A stretch of DNA of 64,000 nt from Candidatus Levyibacteriota bacterium (GTDB lineage: Bacteria > Patescibacteriota > Microgenomatia > Levybacterales > UBA12049), in NCBI GenBank assembly GCA_016432345.1, contig CP066685.1, forward strand, positions 496,236 to 560,235, written 5' to 3'. Below are positions 8,769 through 18,268 of this stretch, in pieces (the first letter of the stretch is position 1; each line of letters starts with the position of its first letter). The notes under the pieces were generated by a model that did no database searches, was not told where the DNA came from, and worked only from the letters and a program-made list of their open reading frames with translations. Position numbers and translations under genes: made by a program.

Positions 8769-9652
8769 TGGAAACGTATCATATACCGGTGCTTTTACAG
8801 GAAGTTATATCGTATCTTAACCCGCATAACGGAAAAAAGTATATTGATGCGACACTTGGAGGAGGAGGACACACAGGGGAGATTTTGAGGAGAGGCGGGA
8901 TAGTGTTGGGGATTGATATAGATCAAGATGCTATTAAGTACGTTCAGGAAAATCTCAAAAATTTAAAACAGCTAACTTTGGCGAGGGGGAATTTTAGAAA
9001 CATTGGAGAGATTGCGCGCTTACACGGTTTTAACAGAGTTTCTGGGATACTTTTCGATTTGGGGGTTTCGAGCCATCAATTTGATACAGCAGAAAGAGGA
9101 TTTAGTTTTCAAAAAGATGCACCGCTTGATATGCGGATGGATTCGTTAGGAGCATCAGGGCAGGTGAGAGCATCGGATCTTGTTAATGCTTTAACGAAAG
9201 GAGAACTCTATGAACTTTTTCGTAAACTTGGTGAAGAGCGTTGTGCTTGGGCCATTTCTGAAAGTATTGTTTGCGCCCGTAAAATAAAACCAATTGAAAC
9301 AACGAAAGAATTGGCGGATATTGTTGTAAAAGCAATGCCAAGAAAAATTTTTTCTGGTATTCATCCAGCAACCAAAGCGTTTCAGGCGCTGCGCATGGCG
9401 GTAAATGATGAGTTGGGAAATATTACGGCTGCTCTTCCGCAGGCATTTGATTTGCTTGAGAAGAATGGAAGATTGCTTGTTATTTCTTTTCATTCTTTGG
9501 AAGATCGGATAGTAAAAAATATATTTTTGGATTTGAAGAAAAAGAGTCAAGGAATTATTTTTACAAAAAAGCCAATTGCGCCGATTGAAAAAGAGATTTT
9601 AGCAAATAAAAGGAGCCGAAGCGCAAAACTTCGAGTAATTGAAAAATTATGA
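8765..9652 (+). CDS. rsmH: 16S rRNA (cytosine1402-N4)-methyltransferase RsmH/MraW
   Basis: The sequence shows YHIPVLLQEV, DATLGGGGH, DLGVSSHQFD and SFHSLEDRIVK. Confidence 0.95.
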   Translation: MMETYHIPVLLQEVISYLNPHNGKKYIDATLGGGGHTGEILRRGGIVLGIDIDQDAIKYVQENLKNLKQLTLARGNFRNIGEIARLHGFNRVSGILFDLGVSSHQFDTAERGFSFQKDAPLDMRMDSLGASGQVRASDLVNALTKGELYELFRKLGEERCAWAISESIVCARKIKPIETTKELADIVVKAMPRKIFSGIHPATKAFQALRMAVNDELGNITAALPQAFDLLEKNGRLLVISFHSLEDRIVKNIFLDLKKKSQGIIFTKKPIAPIEKEILANKRSRSAKLRVIEKL

Positions 9653-9936
9653 GGAAGAAAAGTACAGTATTTATGGCAATTGTTATTGCAAGCGTTGTTG
9701 TTTTTTCTATAGGGCAAGTAGCTGTAGCCAATAGCCTTTCAACAACTGGCATAACGTTATCAAAAATAGAAAAAGAAATAAATGCCTATTCTCTGGAAAA
9801 TTCATTATTAAAAGAAAAACTTCTGGTTAAGGAGTCATTGCAGTATATCGCATCAGAAGCGGCAACAATTGGTTTTGCGGAGGTAAAGTCGCAAATAATT
9901 ATTGGCAGTTCTTTGCCAATTGCCATTAAGCCATGA
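9649..9936 (+). CDS. FtsL/DivIC-like small bitopic cell-division protein
   Basis: 95 aa with an N-terminal TM helix followed by a coiled-coil-like segment. It occupies the canonical position between rsmH and ftsI. Confidence 0.6.
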   Translation: MRKKSTVFMAIVIASVVVFSIGQVAVANSLSTTGITLSKIEKEINAYSLENSLLKEKLLVKESLQYIASEAATIGFAEVKSQIIIGSSLPIAIKP

Positions 9937-11609
9937 CGGCAAGACTTCGTTTTACATTTATCTTTATTATTTTTTGCTTCTTTGGTATCACATCAAGGCT
10001 TTTTTACTGGCAGGTTGTAAAAGCAGAAGATCTGTCTAGGCTTGGCCAATCTCAATATGATACTTTTATAAAACTTACACCGAAAAGAGGAGAAATAAAA
10101 ACATCAGATAGATTTTCTCTTGTGGCAAATAAAGTTTCGTTTCTTGTTTTTGCCAATCCAAAAGAGATTAAAGATAAAAAAAAGACTGCTGATACACTCT
10201 CGTCAATTTTACATACGGATATAGCATCAGTTAGTGGATTTTTGTCGCTTGACCGTTTTTGGGTGCCAATAAAATCGGGTGTTGATAACGCTACGAAACA
10301 AACAATAGAGCAAGCAAAAGTTGATGGCGTTGGGTTTGAACAGCAGTCAATACGATTTTACCCGGAAGGGTCAATGTCGGCTCATCTAACAGGTTTTGTG
10401 GGTGAAGATGATGGTGGATTTAAGGGATATTTTGGATTGGAAGGATATTACGATAGGCAGTTGCGCGGAAAGGCGGGAATTGCGGTGCAAATAAAAGATG
10501 CACTGGGAAGGCCAATTCTTTCCAAAATGAATGACAAAACAGGAGTAATAGACGGAAGGAATTTGGTGTTGAGCATTGATAGAGTTGTGCAGTTTACGGC
10601 AGAAAAGCGATTAAAAGATGGCGTTGAAAAATATCAGGCAGCTGGCGGCATGGTTGGTATTATGGATCCAAAGACGGGAAATATTTTAGCAATGGTTTCT
10701 TATCCATCTTTTGATCAACAGGAATTTTGGAAGTTTGATGAAGGTTTATATAAAAACCCTTTTATCTCTAATTTATATGAGCCTGGGTCAACATTTAAGT
10801 CTATGGTTATGGCTGCAGGTATTGACAGTAGCGTTGTAAAACCAGAGACAAAATGTCCAATTTGCGCAAAATCTATTTCTATTGGCGGCTATGAAATAAG
10901 GACATGGAATGATAGATATTATCCTAATTCAACAATGGTAGATGTTATTAAGCATTCAGATAACATCGGTATGGTGTATGTAGGAAGTCAGCTGGGGATA
11001 AATAGACTCCTTTCGTATTTACATAAGTTTGGTATTGGCGCACAAACGGGTATTGATTTACAAGGAGAGGTTGCCCAGGAGTTGCGGGGTGCAGATAGAT
11101 GGTATCCGCTTGATGCTGCGACACTAACATTTGGCCAGGGGATTTCGGTAACACCAATACAGCTTTTAGATGCTTTTTCAGCAATTGCCAACGATGGAAA
11201 ACGAATGGAGCCGCATGTGGTGGCAAAAATTGAAACACCAGATGATCAGACTATCTTAATACCTCCTAAAGTCTTGGAGCAGCCAATTTCTCCAACAACC
11301 GCAAAAGTAATGACCGAGATTTTAGTAAATGCTGTGAGTAATGGCGAGGCGAAATGGGCAAAACCAAAGGGATATAGAATAGCAGGTAAAACTGGTACAG
11401 CACAGATTCCAATTGCAGGACATTATGATCCAAATAAAACAATCGCCTCATTTATTGGTTTTGCGCCAGCAGACAACCCAAAATTTGCCATGCTTGTTAT
11501 TGTTGACCGACCAACTACATCAATTTATGGCTCGGAAACCGCAGCGCCTATATTTTTTGATATCGCAAAAGATCTTTTAACCTACTACAGCATTTCTCCT
11601 ACGGAGTAG
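9933..11609 (+). CDS. ftsI: Class B penicillin-binding protein / peptidoglycan D,D-transpeptidase FtsI
   Basis: It has an N-terminal TM helix and the transpeptidase motifs STFK, SDN (HSDNIG) and KTGTA. Confidence 0.9.
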   Translation: MTARLRFTFIFIIFCFFGITSRLFYWQVVKAEDLSRLGQSQYDTFIKLTPKRGEIKTSDRFSLVANKVSFLVFANPKEIKDKKKTADTLSSILHTDIASVSGFLSLDRFWVPIKSGVDNATKQTIEQAKVDGVGFEQQSIRFYPEGSMSAHLTGFVGEDDGGFKGYFGLEGYYDRQLRGKAGIAVQIKDALGRPILSKMNDKTGVIDGRNLVLSIDRVVQFTAEKRLKDGVEKYQAAGGMVGIMDPKTGNILAMVSYPSFDQQEFWKFDEGLYKNPFISNLYEPGSTFKSMVMAAGIDSSVVKPETKCPICAKSISIGGYEIRTWNDRYYPNSTMVDVIKHSDNIGMVYVGSQLGINRLLSYLHKFGIGAQTGIDLQGEVAQELRGADRWYPLDAATLTFGQGISVTPIQLLDAFSAIANDGKRMEPHVVAKIETPDDQTILIPPKVLEQPISPTTAKVMTEILVNAVSNGEAKWAKPKGYRIAGKTGTAQIPIAGHYDPNKTIASFIGFAPADNPKFAMLVIVDRPTTSIYGSETAAPIFFDIAKDLLTYYSISPTE

Positions 11610-11652
11610 ACTAGCTAATTCGGCCTATAATAGGGTATAATGGAGGAAATTT

Positions 11653-12810
11653 ATGTGGCAGAGTATTAAAAATATATATCACCTTTGCAATGCTTTTTTG
11701 GCAAATGTTTGGTATGGCTTTCCAGCAAAAAAGCTAACAGTTATTGGCGTAACAGGAACTGACGGTAAAACCACTACCACAAATCTTATTTACCATATAC
11801 TTAAAACTTCGGGGAAAGATGTATCAATGATTTCAACAGTTGGGGCAAATATTAATGGAAAGGAGCATGATGTTGGTTTTCATGTTACGACGCCGTCTTC
11901 GTGGCAAATACAAAAGTTTCTAGCAAGAGTAAAAGGATATTTAGTTCTTGAGACTACGTCTCATGCGTTAGATCAAAATAGGATATGGGGTGTAGATTTT
12001 ACAGTAGGAGTTTTAACAAATGTTACTCACGAGCACTTGGACTATCACAAAACTTACGAAAATTATGTAAAAACTAAATCAAAGCTTTTAGAAATAGCAA
12101 AAGTCGCAGTTGTTAATAGAGATGATGTATCGTACGAATATATCTCAAAACTACAGCGCAAAAATCAAAACCTTGTAACTTACGGATTAAAAGAAAATGC
12201 AAATGTAAACCCAAAAGTTTTTTCTTTTAAATCAAAACTATTTGGAGAATTCAACAAGTATAATATTTTAGCTGCGGTTGCAGTATGTAAGTCGCTTGGT
12301 ATTGTTGATTCTGATATTCGAAAAGGTATTGAGACGTTTCGGCTTCCTGCTGGAAGAGCAGAAATTGTTTATAACGAAGGTTTTACAGTAATGATTGATT
12401 TTGCTCATACGCCAAACTCGTTTGCAAAGCTTCTCCTAGAGGTTAAAAAACAAACGAAGGGAAGGCTTATTCATGTGTTTGGCGCGGCGGGGTTGCGAGA
12501 TATATCAAAGCGGCCACTTATGGGAAAAGAATCAGCAAAATATGCGGATATAGTTATTTTAACAGCCGAAGATCCAAGATCAGAATCAATAGAAAAAATT
12601 ATGGATGATATACAAGCAGGAATTAAAGGTAAAAAATTGTATAAAATTGCAAATAGGCAGGAGGCAATAAATACTGCCATAAAAATGGCGAAAAAGGGAG
12701 ATTTTGTTGTTATAACAGGTAAAAGCCATGAGCAGTCAATGAATTATGGTAAAGGCGAGAAACCATGGAACGAGTTTAATGTGGTAAAAAGTGCTCTAAA
12801 AAATTTATGA
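11653..12810 (+). CDS. murE: Mur ligase, MurE-like, lacking the canonical N-terminal domain
   Basis: The P-loop VTGTDGKTTTT starts at about aa 33. MurE-like signatures include TSHALDQNR, HEHLDYH, DFAHTPNS and FGAAGLRDISKRP, and EDPRSE replaces DNPR. A GGAGG Shine-Dalgarno sequence precedes the ATG. Confidence 0.78.
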   Translation: MWQSIKNIYHLCNAFLANVWYGFPAKKLTVIGVTGTDGKTTTTNLIYHILKTSGKDVSMISTVGANINGKEHDVGFHVTTPSSWQIQKFLARVKGYLVLETTSHALDQNRIWGVDFTVGVLTNVTHEHLDYHKTYENYVKTKSKLLEIAKVAVVNRDDVSYEYISKLQRKNQNLVTYGLKENANVNPKVFSFKSKLFGEFNKYNILAAVAVCKSLGIVDSDIRKGIETFRLPAGRAEIVYNEGFTVMIDFAHTPNSFAKLLLEVKKQTKGRLIHVFGAAGLRDISKRPLMGKESAKYADIVILTAEDPRSESIEKIMDDIQAGIKGKKLYKIANRQEAINTAIKMAKKGDFVVITGKSHEQSMNYGKGEKPWNEFNVVKSALKNL

Positions 12811-14231
12811 AAAAGATAAGATCAATACATTTTGTCGGCATAAAAGGAGTGGGAATGACACCATTGGCTATAATTGCTAAGGAAGCTAGATTTATAGTTT
12901 CTGGTTGTGACATAGCCGATGAATTTATAACAGATGAATCATTAAAAAAAGCTGGAATTATGCCACTTATTGGATTTTCAAAGCATCATCTGGAAGATAT
13001 TGATATGGTTATTACAACAGGAGCTCACGGAGGATTTGATAATCCTGAAGTTATACATGCAAAACAAATAAAAATACCAGTTTGGACACAAGGAGAAGCT
13101 GTCGCAGAATTTATGAAAGGAGATTTATTTAATCGTAAACAAATTGGTATTTCTGTTACTGGTTCGCACGGAAAAACAACCACAACGGCGATGATTGCAA
13201 CTGTATTAAAAGAAGCGGGGAAAGACCCTTCATACGTGGTTGGCACTGGTTTTGTGCCTTCTCTTGGCAGTTGTGGACACTATGGGGAAGGTAAATATTT
13301 TGTTGCCGAAGCAGATGAATACGCAAATGAACCAACTTATGATAAAACATCTAAATTCTTATTGCAGCATCCAGAAATTCTTATTTTTACCAATATCGAG
13401 CACGATCATCCAGATTTATATCCAACAGTTGACGATGTTAGAGAGTCATTTTTAGAGTTTGCCAATAATCTTTCAAATAGCGGCATGCTTATTGCATATG
13501 GCGCAGATATACAAACGGAAAAACTATTAAAAAGATATACGGGTAAAGTTATTACATTTGGGTTTACTAAAAATTGTGATTTTGTTATTTCTCGAATAAG
13601 TGGCAGTGGAGAGCAAACATTTTTTTGGTTATCGAGACAGGGGAGTCTTTTGGGCGAATTTTGTCTTTCGATTCCTGGGGATCATAATGTGCTCAACGCA
13701 ACTGCAGCAATTATTGCAGGTTTGGAGTGCGGAATTGCAATTGATGTATTAAAGCAGGCAATTAAAAAGTTTGTTGGAAGCAAACGAAGATTTGAATATG
13801 TCGGCACATTACCTTCTGGAGCAGTGTTATACGATGATTATGCTCATCATCCAACAGAAATAAAAAAGACACTTGCGGCATTTAAAAAGCGATTTCCAAA
13901 ATCAAAATTAGTTTGCATTTTCCAGCCGCATACATATTCTCGAACAAAATCATTATTCGAGGACTTTATTAGTTCATTTCAGTCAGCTGACACAATTATA
14001 ATAAGTAATATCTATTCTTCTTTGCGGGAAAAAGCAGATTTAACAATTTCATCAAAGCTACTGGTTGACAGAATTAAGCTATTTCATAAGGACGTATGGT
14101 TTCTACCAGAGCTTGTTGATGTGATAAAATACGTTCAAGGGCAACAGTATGGAAAAGACACTGTTGTTGTTACTATGGGCGCAGGGGATATCTACAAGAT
14201 AGCGTCTAGTTTATTAGCGTCTAGCGTTTAG
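12807..14231 (+). CDS. murC: UDP-N-acetylmuramate--L-alanine ligase
   Basis: The sequence shows IHFVGIKGVGMTPLA, VTGSHGKTTTTAM and DDYAHHPTEI. Confidence 0.88.
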   Translation: MKKIRSIHFVGIKGVGMTPLAIIAKEARFIVSGCDIADEFITDESLKKAGIMPLIGFSKHHLEDIDMVITTGAHGGFDNPEVIHAKQIKIPVWTQGEAVAEFMKGDLFNRKQIGISVTGSHGKTTTTAMIATVLKEAGKDPSYVVGTGFVPSLGSCGHYGEGKYFVAEADEYANEPTYDKTSKFLLQHPEILIFTNIEHDHPDLYPTVDDVRESFLEFANNLSNSGMLIAYGADIQTEKLLKRYTGKVITFGFTKNCDFVISRISGSGEQTFFWLSRQGSLLGEFCLSIPGDHNVLNATAAIIAGLECGIAIDVLKQAIKKFVGSKRRFEYVGTLPSGAVLYDDYAHHPTEIKKTLAAFKKRFPKSKLVCIFQPHTYSRTKSLFEDFISSFQSADTIIISNIYSSLREKADLTISSKLLVDRIKLFHKDVWFLPELVDVIKYVQGQQYGKDTVVVTMGAGDIYKIASSLLASSV

Positions 14232-14233
14232 TT

Positions 14234-15214
14234 ATGGATACAAAATTAAAAGAACTGGAAAAGATTTTTGGTCAAAATAGAGTTAGGCTGGATGAGCCCA
14301 TGAGCGCTCATACCACTTTTAAAATTGGCGGTAAAGCGCAGTATTACATAGATATTGATAAAACAGACGATATCGTCAAAGCAGTTAAAGCTGCTAAAAC
14401 TCTTGATTTGCCATTTTTTATTTTTGGCAGCGGGTCGAATATTATTGTTGCAGACTGCGGTATAAAAGGACTTATTATTAAAAATAACTGTCGAAAGTTT
14501 GATATTGCTATTCTTAGCGGTCGGGTGAAAAACCAAAAAATTGATGTCGGTAAAGCATTGGTTGTTGCAGAATCTGGTGTAATTATAAATCAGCTTGTTA
14601 GGTTTGCTATAGAAAAAGGTCTAAGTGGACTTGAGTATCAGTTGGGGTTACCAGGGACAGTAGGCGGAGCTGTTTATATGAATTCTAATTTTCCTCGCAA
14701 AGGGGCATATATTGGTGATTGTGTTTTTTCTGCAAAACTTGTGACAAAAGAGGGAGAGATAAAAGAAGTTGATAAAACTTATTTTCATTTCGTCTATGAT
14801 TACAGTGTGTTGCAGGAAACAGGAGATATAGTATTATCAGTGGTGTTTCGTATGACTCCCGCGGACACAAAGGTTTTATGGGAAAGAGGTATGGAGGCAT
14901 TAGAGTATCGTAATAATTCACAGCCAAAAGGTGCATCTGCCGGCTGCACATTTCGCAACATTTCTATTGTTGAGGCAATAAGTATTCCAACACCAGATCG
15001 AATTACTTCCGCAGGTTATCTTATTGATAAAGCAGGGTTTAAAGGAAAACGTATTGGCGATGCTATGATTTCTGATAGACACGCAAATTTTATTCTTAAT
15101 ATGGGGAATGCAAGAGGGGAAGATGTTGTAGAACTTGTTAGACTTATAAAAGATGAAGTATTTAAAAAATTTAATGTTAAGCTTCATTTGGAAGTAAAAA
15201 CAGTAGGGTTTTAA
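14234..15214 (+). CDS. murB: UDP-N-acetylenolpyruvoylglucosamine reductase
   Basis: The FAD-binding N-terminus (HTTFKIGGKA, FIFGSGSNIIV) and the C-terminal segment AGYLIDKAGFKGKRIGDAMISDRHANFI match MurB. Confidence 0.92.
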   Translation: MDTKLKELEKIFGQNRVRLDEPMSAHTTFKIGGKAQYYIDIDKTDDIVKAVKAAKTLDLPFFIFGSGSNIIVADCGIKGLIIKNNCRKFDIAILSGRVKNQKIDVGKALVVAESGVIINQLVRFAIEKGLSGLEYQLGLPGTVGGAVYMNSNFPRKGAYIGDCVFSAKLVTKEGEIKEVDKTYFHFVYDYSVLQETGDIVLSVVFRMTPADTKVLWERGMEALEYRNNSQPKGASAGCTFRNISIVEAISIPTPDRITSAGYLIDKAGFKGKRIGDAMISDRHANFILNMGNARGEDVVELVRLIKDEVFKKFNVKLHLEVKTVGF

Positions 15215-15217
15215 TGT

Positions 15218-16537
15218 ATGGAAAAGTTTATTATAAACGGCGGTAAAAAGTTAAGAGGCGAAATTAGAGTTTCTGGAGCAAAAAATGTTGCGCTTAAAGC
15301 TTTAGTTGCAGCGTGTTTAACCAGTGAGGAAGTAATTATTGATAATGTGCCTCACATTTTGGACGTATTTACGATGATTGAGATTATTAAGGATCTTGGT
15401 GGAAAAGCAATCATGCGTGATCATACTGTTACAGTGCGCGTTGATACCCTGCGTACAAAAATTCCATTTGATAAGGCGGTAGAAGTAAGGACATCGTCTA
15501 TGTTTTTAGCTCCTCTTTTGGCTCGAGCTAAAGAGGCTATTGTTCCAAATCCAGGCGGTTGCCGTATTGGCGCACGACCAATAAATAGGATAATTAAGGG
15601 GTTAAGGCAAATGGGCGCAATTATTACATATAACAGTAAGGACGGCTATTTTCATGCAAAAGCGAAACAACTAAAAGGCGTAACGTATGAATTTAAAAAG
15701 AATACACATACAGGTACTGAAACGATGATTATGGCCTCGGTTTTGGCAAAAGGTAAAACAATACTTAAAAATGCTGCGCTTGAGCCAGAAATTGATGAAC
15801 TTATTGCATTTTTAAATGGTATGGGAGCGAAGATAAAAAGACATTTAAGAACAATTACAATCGAGGGAGTTGAAGAACTCCACGGTGCACATTTTACCAT
15901 TGGTCCAGATCGTAATGAAGCAGTAACTTATGCCATTGCTGGAATAATTACAGAAGGAGAGGTTATAGTTGATGGGATTTTAGCAAAAGATATAAAAGAG
16001 TTTTTAGGAGTCTTAGATAAGGCTGGCGGCGGATACGAAGAAAAAGCAGATGGGATGCGATTTTTTTACAAAGGGAAGCTAAAGCCAACGGATATTTCGA
16101 CAAGTTGTTATCCTGGATTTATGACAGATTGGCAAAGCCCTTGGGCGGTTCTTATGACGAAAGCAAAGGGTACATCGTCAATTCATGAAACAGTTTTTGA
16201 AAGCAGGTTTGGTTATGTAGAGGAGCTAAAAAAAATGGGCGCGCATATTGCATTTTTTAATCCTAAAGTTGATGATCCAAAACGTGTTTATAATTTTAAC
16301 CTTTCTGACGCCAAAAAAGATAGCTATCATGCAATTTCTGTTTCTGGTCCAGCAAAATTGCATAATGCAGTTGTAAACATCACAGATTTACGGGCAGGTG
16401 CGACATTGGTGCTTGCATCGCTTGCCGGAAGCGGTACAAGTGTTGTTTTTGGAGCTGAAAAACTTGACAGAGGATATGAAAAATTTGACAAATGTCTTGT
16501 CCGTTTAGGCGCAGATATTAAACGAGTGAAGGATTAA
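15218..16537 (+). CDS. murA: UDP-N-acetylglucosamine 1-carboxyvinyltransferase
   Basis: The sequence shows ISGAKNVALKALVAA, the active-site loop PGGCRIGARPI with Cys, and TDLRAGATLVLA. Confidence 0.94.
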   Translation: MEKFIINGGKKLRGEIRVSGAKNVALKALVAACLTSEEVIIDNVPHILDVFTMIEIIKDLGGKAIMRDHTVTVRVDTLRTKIPFDKAVEVRTSSMFLAPLLARAKEAIVPNPGGCRIGARPINRIIKGLRQMGAIITYNSKDGYFHAKAKQLKGVTYEFKKNTHTGTETMIMASVLAKGKTILKNAALEPEIDELIAFLNGMGAKIKRHLRTITIEGVEELHGAHFTIGPDRNEAVTYAIAGIITEGEVIVDGILAKDIKEFLGVLDKAGGGYEEKADGMRFFYKGKLKPTDISTSCYPGFMTDWQSPWAVLMTKAKGTSSIHETVFESRFGYVEELKKMGAHIAFFNPKVDDPKRVYNFNLSDAKKDSYHAISVSGPAKLHNAVVNITDLRAGATLVLASLAGSGTSVVFGAEKLDRGYEKFDKCLVRLGADIKRVKD

Positions 16538-16538
16538 T

Positions 16539-17792
16539 ATGCAAGCAGTTATTTTAGCAGCAGGAAAATCAAGTCGTTTTTATCCATTTACAAATTATTC
16601 ACACAAGTCGCTTATTAAAGTTGCGGGTAAACCGCTTATTGTGCATACAATTTTAAGCCTAAGAAAGGCAGGAATTTATGAAATGATTATTGTTGTAGGC
16701 GAAGAAAGCAAAATTCCATCTGTAGTTAAATCTGAAAATCTTGATGTGTCAATAAAATTTGTTGTACAAAAAGAGCCGCTTGGCATGGGTAATGCTGTGC
16801 TTTTGGCAAGGGAGCATATCAAAGGTGATTTTTTACTCCTGAATGCACATCATGTTGATGTTGATTTATTTTTTAATGATCTGATGGGGATTAAAGACGG
16901 GGCAGATGCGGTTTTGTTGTCAGAAGAGCGTGAAGACGCATGGAAATATGGGGTATTACAGGTTGAAGGTCAAAAAGTTCTGGACCTTGTAGAAAAGCCC
17001 AAAAAACAAGATTTATCATCTCATCTTTGCGTGGTTGGAGTTTATCTTTTTTCAAAAATGTTTATTGATACACTTGCAAAAATACCAAGCGAGCATTATC
17101 AATTGGAAACCGCTATTTCGAAGTTTGCCAAAATCCGCACTGTTTTGATGATTAAAGCAAAGCAAAAAACAATTACCTTAAAGTATCCGTGGGATGCACT
17201 TTTGGTTAAAAACTACCTGTTAAATAACCTAAAATCGCATATATCATCCAAAGCAAAAGTTGCCAAATCGGCAGAAATTATTGGCAATGTGTATATAGAT
17301 AATGGAGCAACTATAATGGAGGGGGCATGTATAAAAGGCCCGTCTTATGTTGGCAAAAACGCAGTAGTTGGAACAAAAGCAATTATTAGAAATGGTGTAG
17401 ATGTTGAGCAAGATTGTGTTATAGGAGCAACTATAGAAATAAAAAATAGTTTATTGCAAGATGGCACAACAACACATTCGGGTTTTATAGGGGATTCTGT
17501 AATTGGGAGAAAATGCAAAATCGCCGCGGCATTTGAAACAGCAAATGTGCGAATAGATAGAAAAACAATTGGCGTTTTGGTTGCTGATGAAAAGATTGAC
17601 AGTGGTTTAAATTCTCTTGGGGTGATTATGGGAGATGAAGTGCGAGTTGGCATTCGTGTTTCCATAATGCCAGGAGTTGTTATTGGTCAAAATGCGACCA
17701 TTGGTCCATCAACAACTGTTTCTCGCAATATAAAAGAAAAGGTAACGTATTACACGAAATTTCAGGAGGTTGTTGAGGAGAAAAGAGAATGA
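16539..17792 (+). CDS. GlmU-like bifunctional sugar-1-P nucleotidyltransferase / left-handed beta-helix acyltransferase
   Basis: The N-terminus AVILAAGKSSRF is the NTP-transferase motif. The C-terminal approximately 170 aa consists of hexapeptide repeats (IGNVYIDNGATIMEGACIKGPSYVGKNAVVG...). Confidence 0.7.
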   Translation: MQAVILAAGKSSRFYPFTNYSHKSLIKVAGKPLIVHTILSLRKAGIYEMIIVVGEESKIPSVVKSENLDVSIKFVVQKEPLGMGNAVLLAREHIKGDFLLLNAHHVDVDLFFNDLMGIKDGADAVLLSEEREDAWKYGVLQVEGQKVLDLVEKPKKQDLSSHLCVVGVYLFSKMFIDTLAKIPSEHYQLETAISKFAKIRTVLMIKAKQKTITLKYPWDALLVKNYLLNNLKSHISSKAKVAKSAEIIGNVYIDNGATIMEGACIKGPSYVGKNAVVGTKAIIRNGVDVEQDCVIGATIEIKNSLLQDGTTTHSGFIGDSVIGRKCKIAAAFETANVRIDRKTIGVLVADEKIDSGLNSLGVIMGDEVRVGIRVSIMPGVVIGQNATIGPSTTVSRNIKEKVTYYTKFQEVVEEKRE

Positions 17793-18265
17793 TGAAAAAA
17801 GTTGTGCTTTTTGACATTGACTACACACTTTTTGATACGGAAAAGTTTAAGGGCACTAATTTGCAAACATTTGCACTGTATAAAGAAGCAGTTGATGTTT
17901 TGGAGAAATTGAAAGACACTGTATATCTTGGCATTTTTTCGGAAGGAAATCTTGACCTGCAAAAAACAAAATTAATTAAAACAAAGATTCATAGTAGTTT
18001 TACTAGAAAACACATACATATTGTGGTAAATAAAGAGGAAAGAATAGAACAGGTTTTAAAGAAATATAAAAATTGTTTGGTATTTCTTGTTGATGATAAA
18101 CTTACTGTTTTATGCCAAGCAAAAAAGCTGCTTCCTTCTCTTGTTGCAATTTGGGTAAAACGAGGAATATATGCAGAAAAACAGTTGCCTATTAATGGTT
18201 TTACGCCAGATGCTATAATAGAAAACCTTCGGGAGCTCATCCCGATTATTTTAAAGGATAAATAA
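17789..18265 (+). CDS. HAD-superfamily hydrolase/phosphatase
   Basis: HAD motif I is present as VVLFDIDYTLFD. The 158-aa ORF overlaps both neighbouring genes. Confidence 0.7.
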   Translation: MMKKVVLFDIDYTLFDTEKFKGTNLQTFALYKEAVDVLEKLKDTVYLGIFSEGNLDLQKTKLIKTKIHSSFTRKHIHIVVNKEERIEQVLKKYKNCLVFLVDDKLTVLCQAKKLLPSLVAIWVKRGIYAEKQLPINGFTPDAIIENLRELIPIILKDK

Positions 18266-18268
18266 CGT

